Source of the DNA: a virus
Taxonomy: Duplodnaviria; Heunggongvirae; Uroviricota; Caudoviricetes
Length of the DNA: 64,000 nt
Direction: 5' to 3' (one strand)
IMG/VR virus record: IMGVR_UViG_3300008108_000006
Position 1 is the stretch's first letter. Each line of letters begins with the position of its first letter. Shown here one piece after another: positions 63,912-64,000 of the stretch. The notes under the pieces are model-generated. The model did not search any database. It saw only the letters and a list, made by a program, of their open reading frames with translations, and was not told the DNA's origin. The translations under genes and the position numbers were made by a program.

Positions 63912-64000
63912 ATTAAAATAATTTGATTATTATTGAATATCACCGCATCCAATATTTCACCTTGGTGTATGTCAATGACACCATCTTTACCAATATCTAA
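63908..64000 (-). CDS. Hypothetical protein, partial. The C-terminal 30 aa are visible and the 5' end lies beyond the right edge of the window.
   Basis: The reverse strand reads ...LDIGKDGVIDIHQGEILDAVIFNNNQIILI*, with the stop overlapping the next start. Confidence 0.3.
   Translation of the reverse strand, partial: LDIGKDGVIDIHQGEILDAVIFNNNQIILI

Overview
This 64 kb window is AT-rich, densely coding and has genes on both strands. The sequence is most consistent with a large virulent bacteriophage of a Bacteroidetes (Flavobacteriia-type) host. That conclusion rests on several observations read directly from the sequence. Many genes sit about 15-40 nt downstream of the Bacteroidetes sigma-A -7 box TAnnTTTG. 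There are about 20 hairpin plus T-tract intrinsic terminators, some shared by both strands. Operon-style ATGA stop/start overlaps are common. Several proteins have bacterial lipoprotein signals (LLSC/LSCF) or Bacteroidetes-type signal peptides ending in GQ. One protein ends in a T9SS Por-secretion C-terminal sorting domain. The phage-type genes include a GH19 endolysin, a ClpP-like serine protease, two long Gly/Thr/Asn-rich fibre proteins that share a repeated motif, and a structural protein with a Pro-Thr linker.

The accessory content falls into four groups. (1) A scattered tRNA-repair and maturation toolkit: an Rnl1-like RNA ligase (KMDGSL motif), a Pnk-like P-loop kinase, a CCA-adding enzyme (GGxVRD head motif) and an HAD phosphatase. 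(2) A Prs-like and NAMPT-like gene pair that fits the phage NAD+ reconstitution (NARP1) or NAD-salvage counter-defence logic. (3) A 1223-aa fusion of a GIY-YIG-like (T5orf172) domain, an SF2 helicase and a gamma-class N6-adenine methyltransferase. (4) A vSET-like minimal SET-domain methyltransferase and an AsnA-like class-II aaRS-core protein.

The most unusual signals are these. (a) The Pnk-like kinase has an in-frame TAG inside its Walker A motif, in a CCU-UAG-CCA arrangement where a 6-nt ribosomal hop would restore a perfect GVPGSGKST P-loop; the alternative is a 6-bp insertion pseudogene. (b) Two adjacent tRNA-like genes have canonical acceptor, D and T arms but are 101-112 nt long, which implies internal insertions. 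(c) At least a dozen proteins share the N-terminus M-x-K-x-I-x-[LI]-[TS]-E-S-[ED]-L-x-R-L-[VI]-K-[KR]-V-[IV]-x-E-Q, which resembles a capsid-targeting propeptide with an [LI]-x-E protease site. (d) A roughly 1.6 kb mostly non-coding stretch (61.6-63.2 kb) is packed with (A)TGGGGG(T) G-runs and TGTTAA iterons; this is a candidate origin, packaging or centromere-like array, and a smaller copy sits next to the tRNA-like genes. (e) Two perfect recent tandem duplications: 26 bp, which frameshifts a discoidin-domain secreted protein, and 51 bp, which is in frame within a secreted paralog. (f) A ~55 bp terminator/leader module is present in three copies around two secreted paralogs.

No CRISPR array, integrase, reverse transcriptase or rRNA was seen. 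All calls come from manual reading of the sequence and the supplied ORF track. No database search was run.
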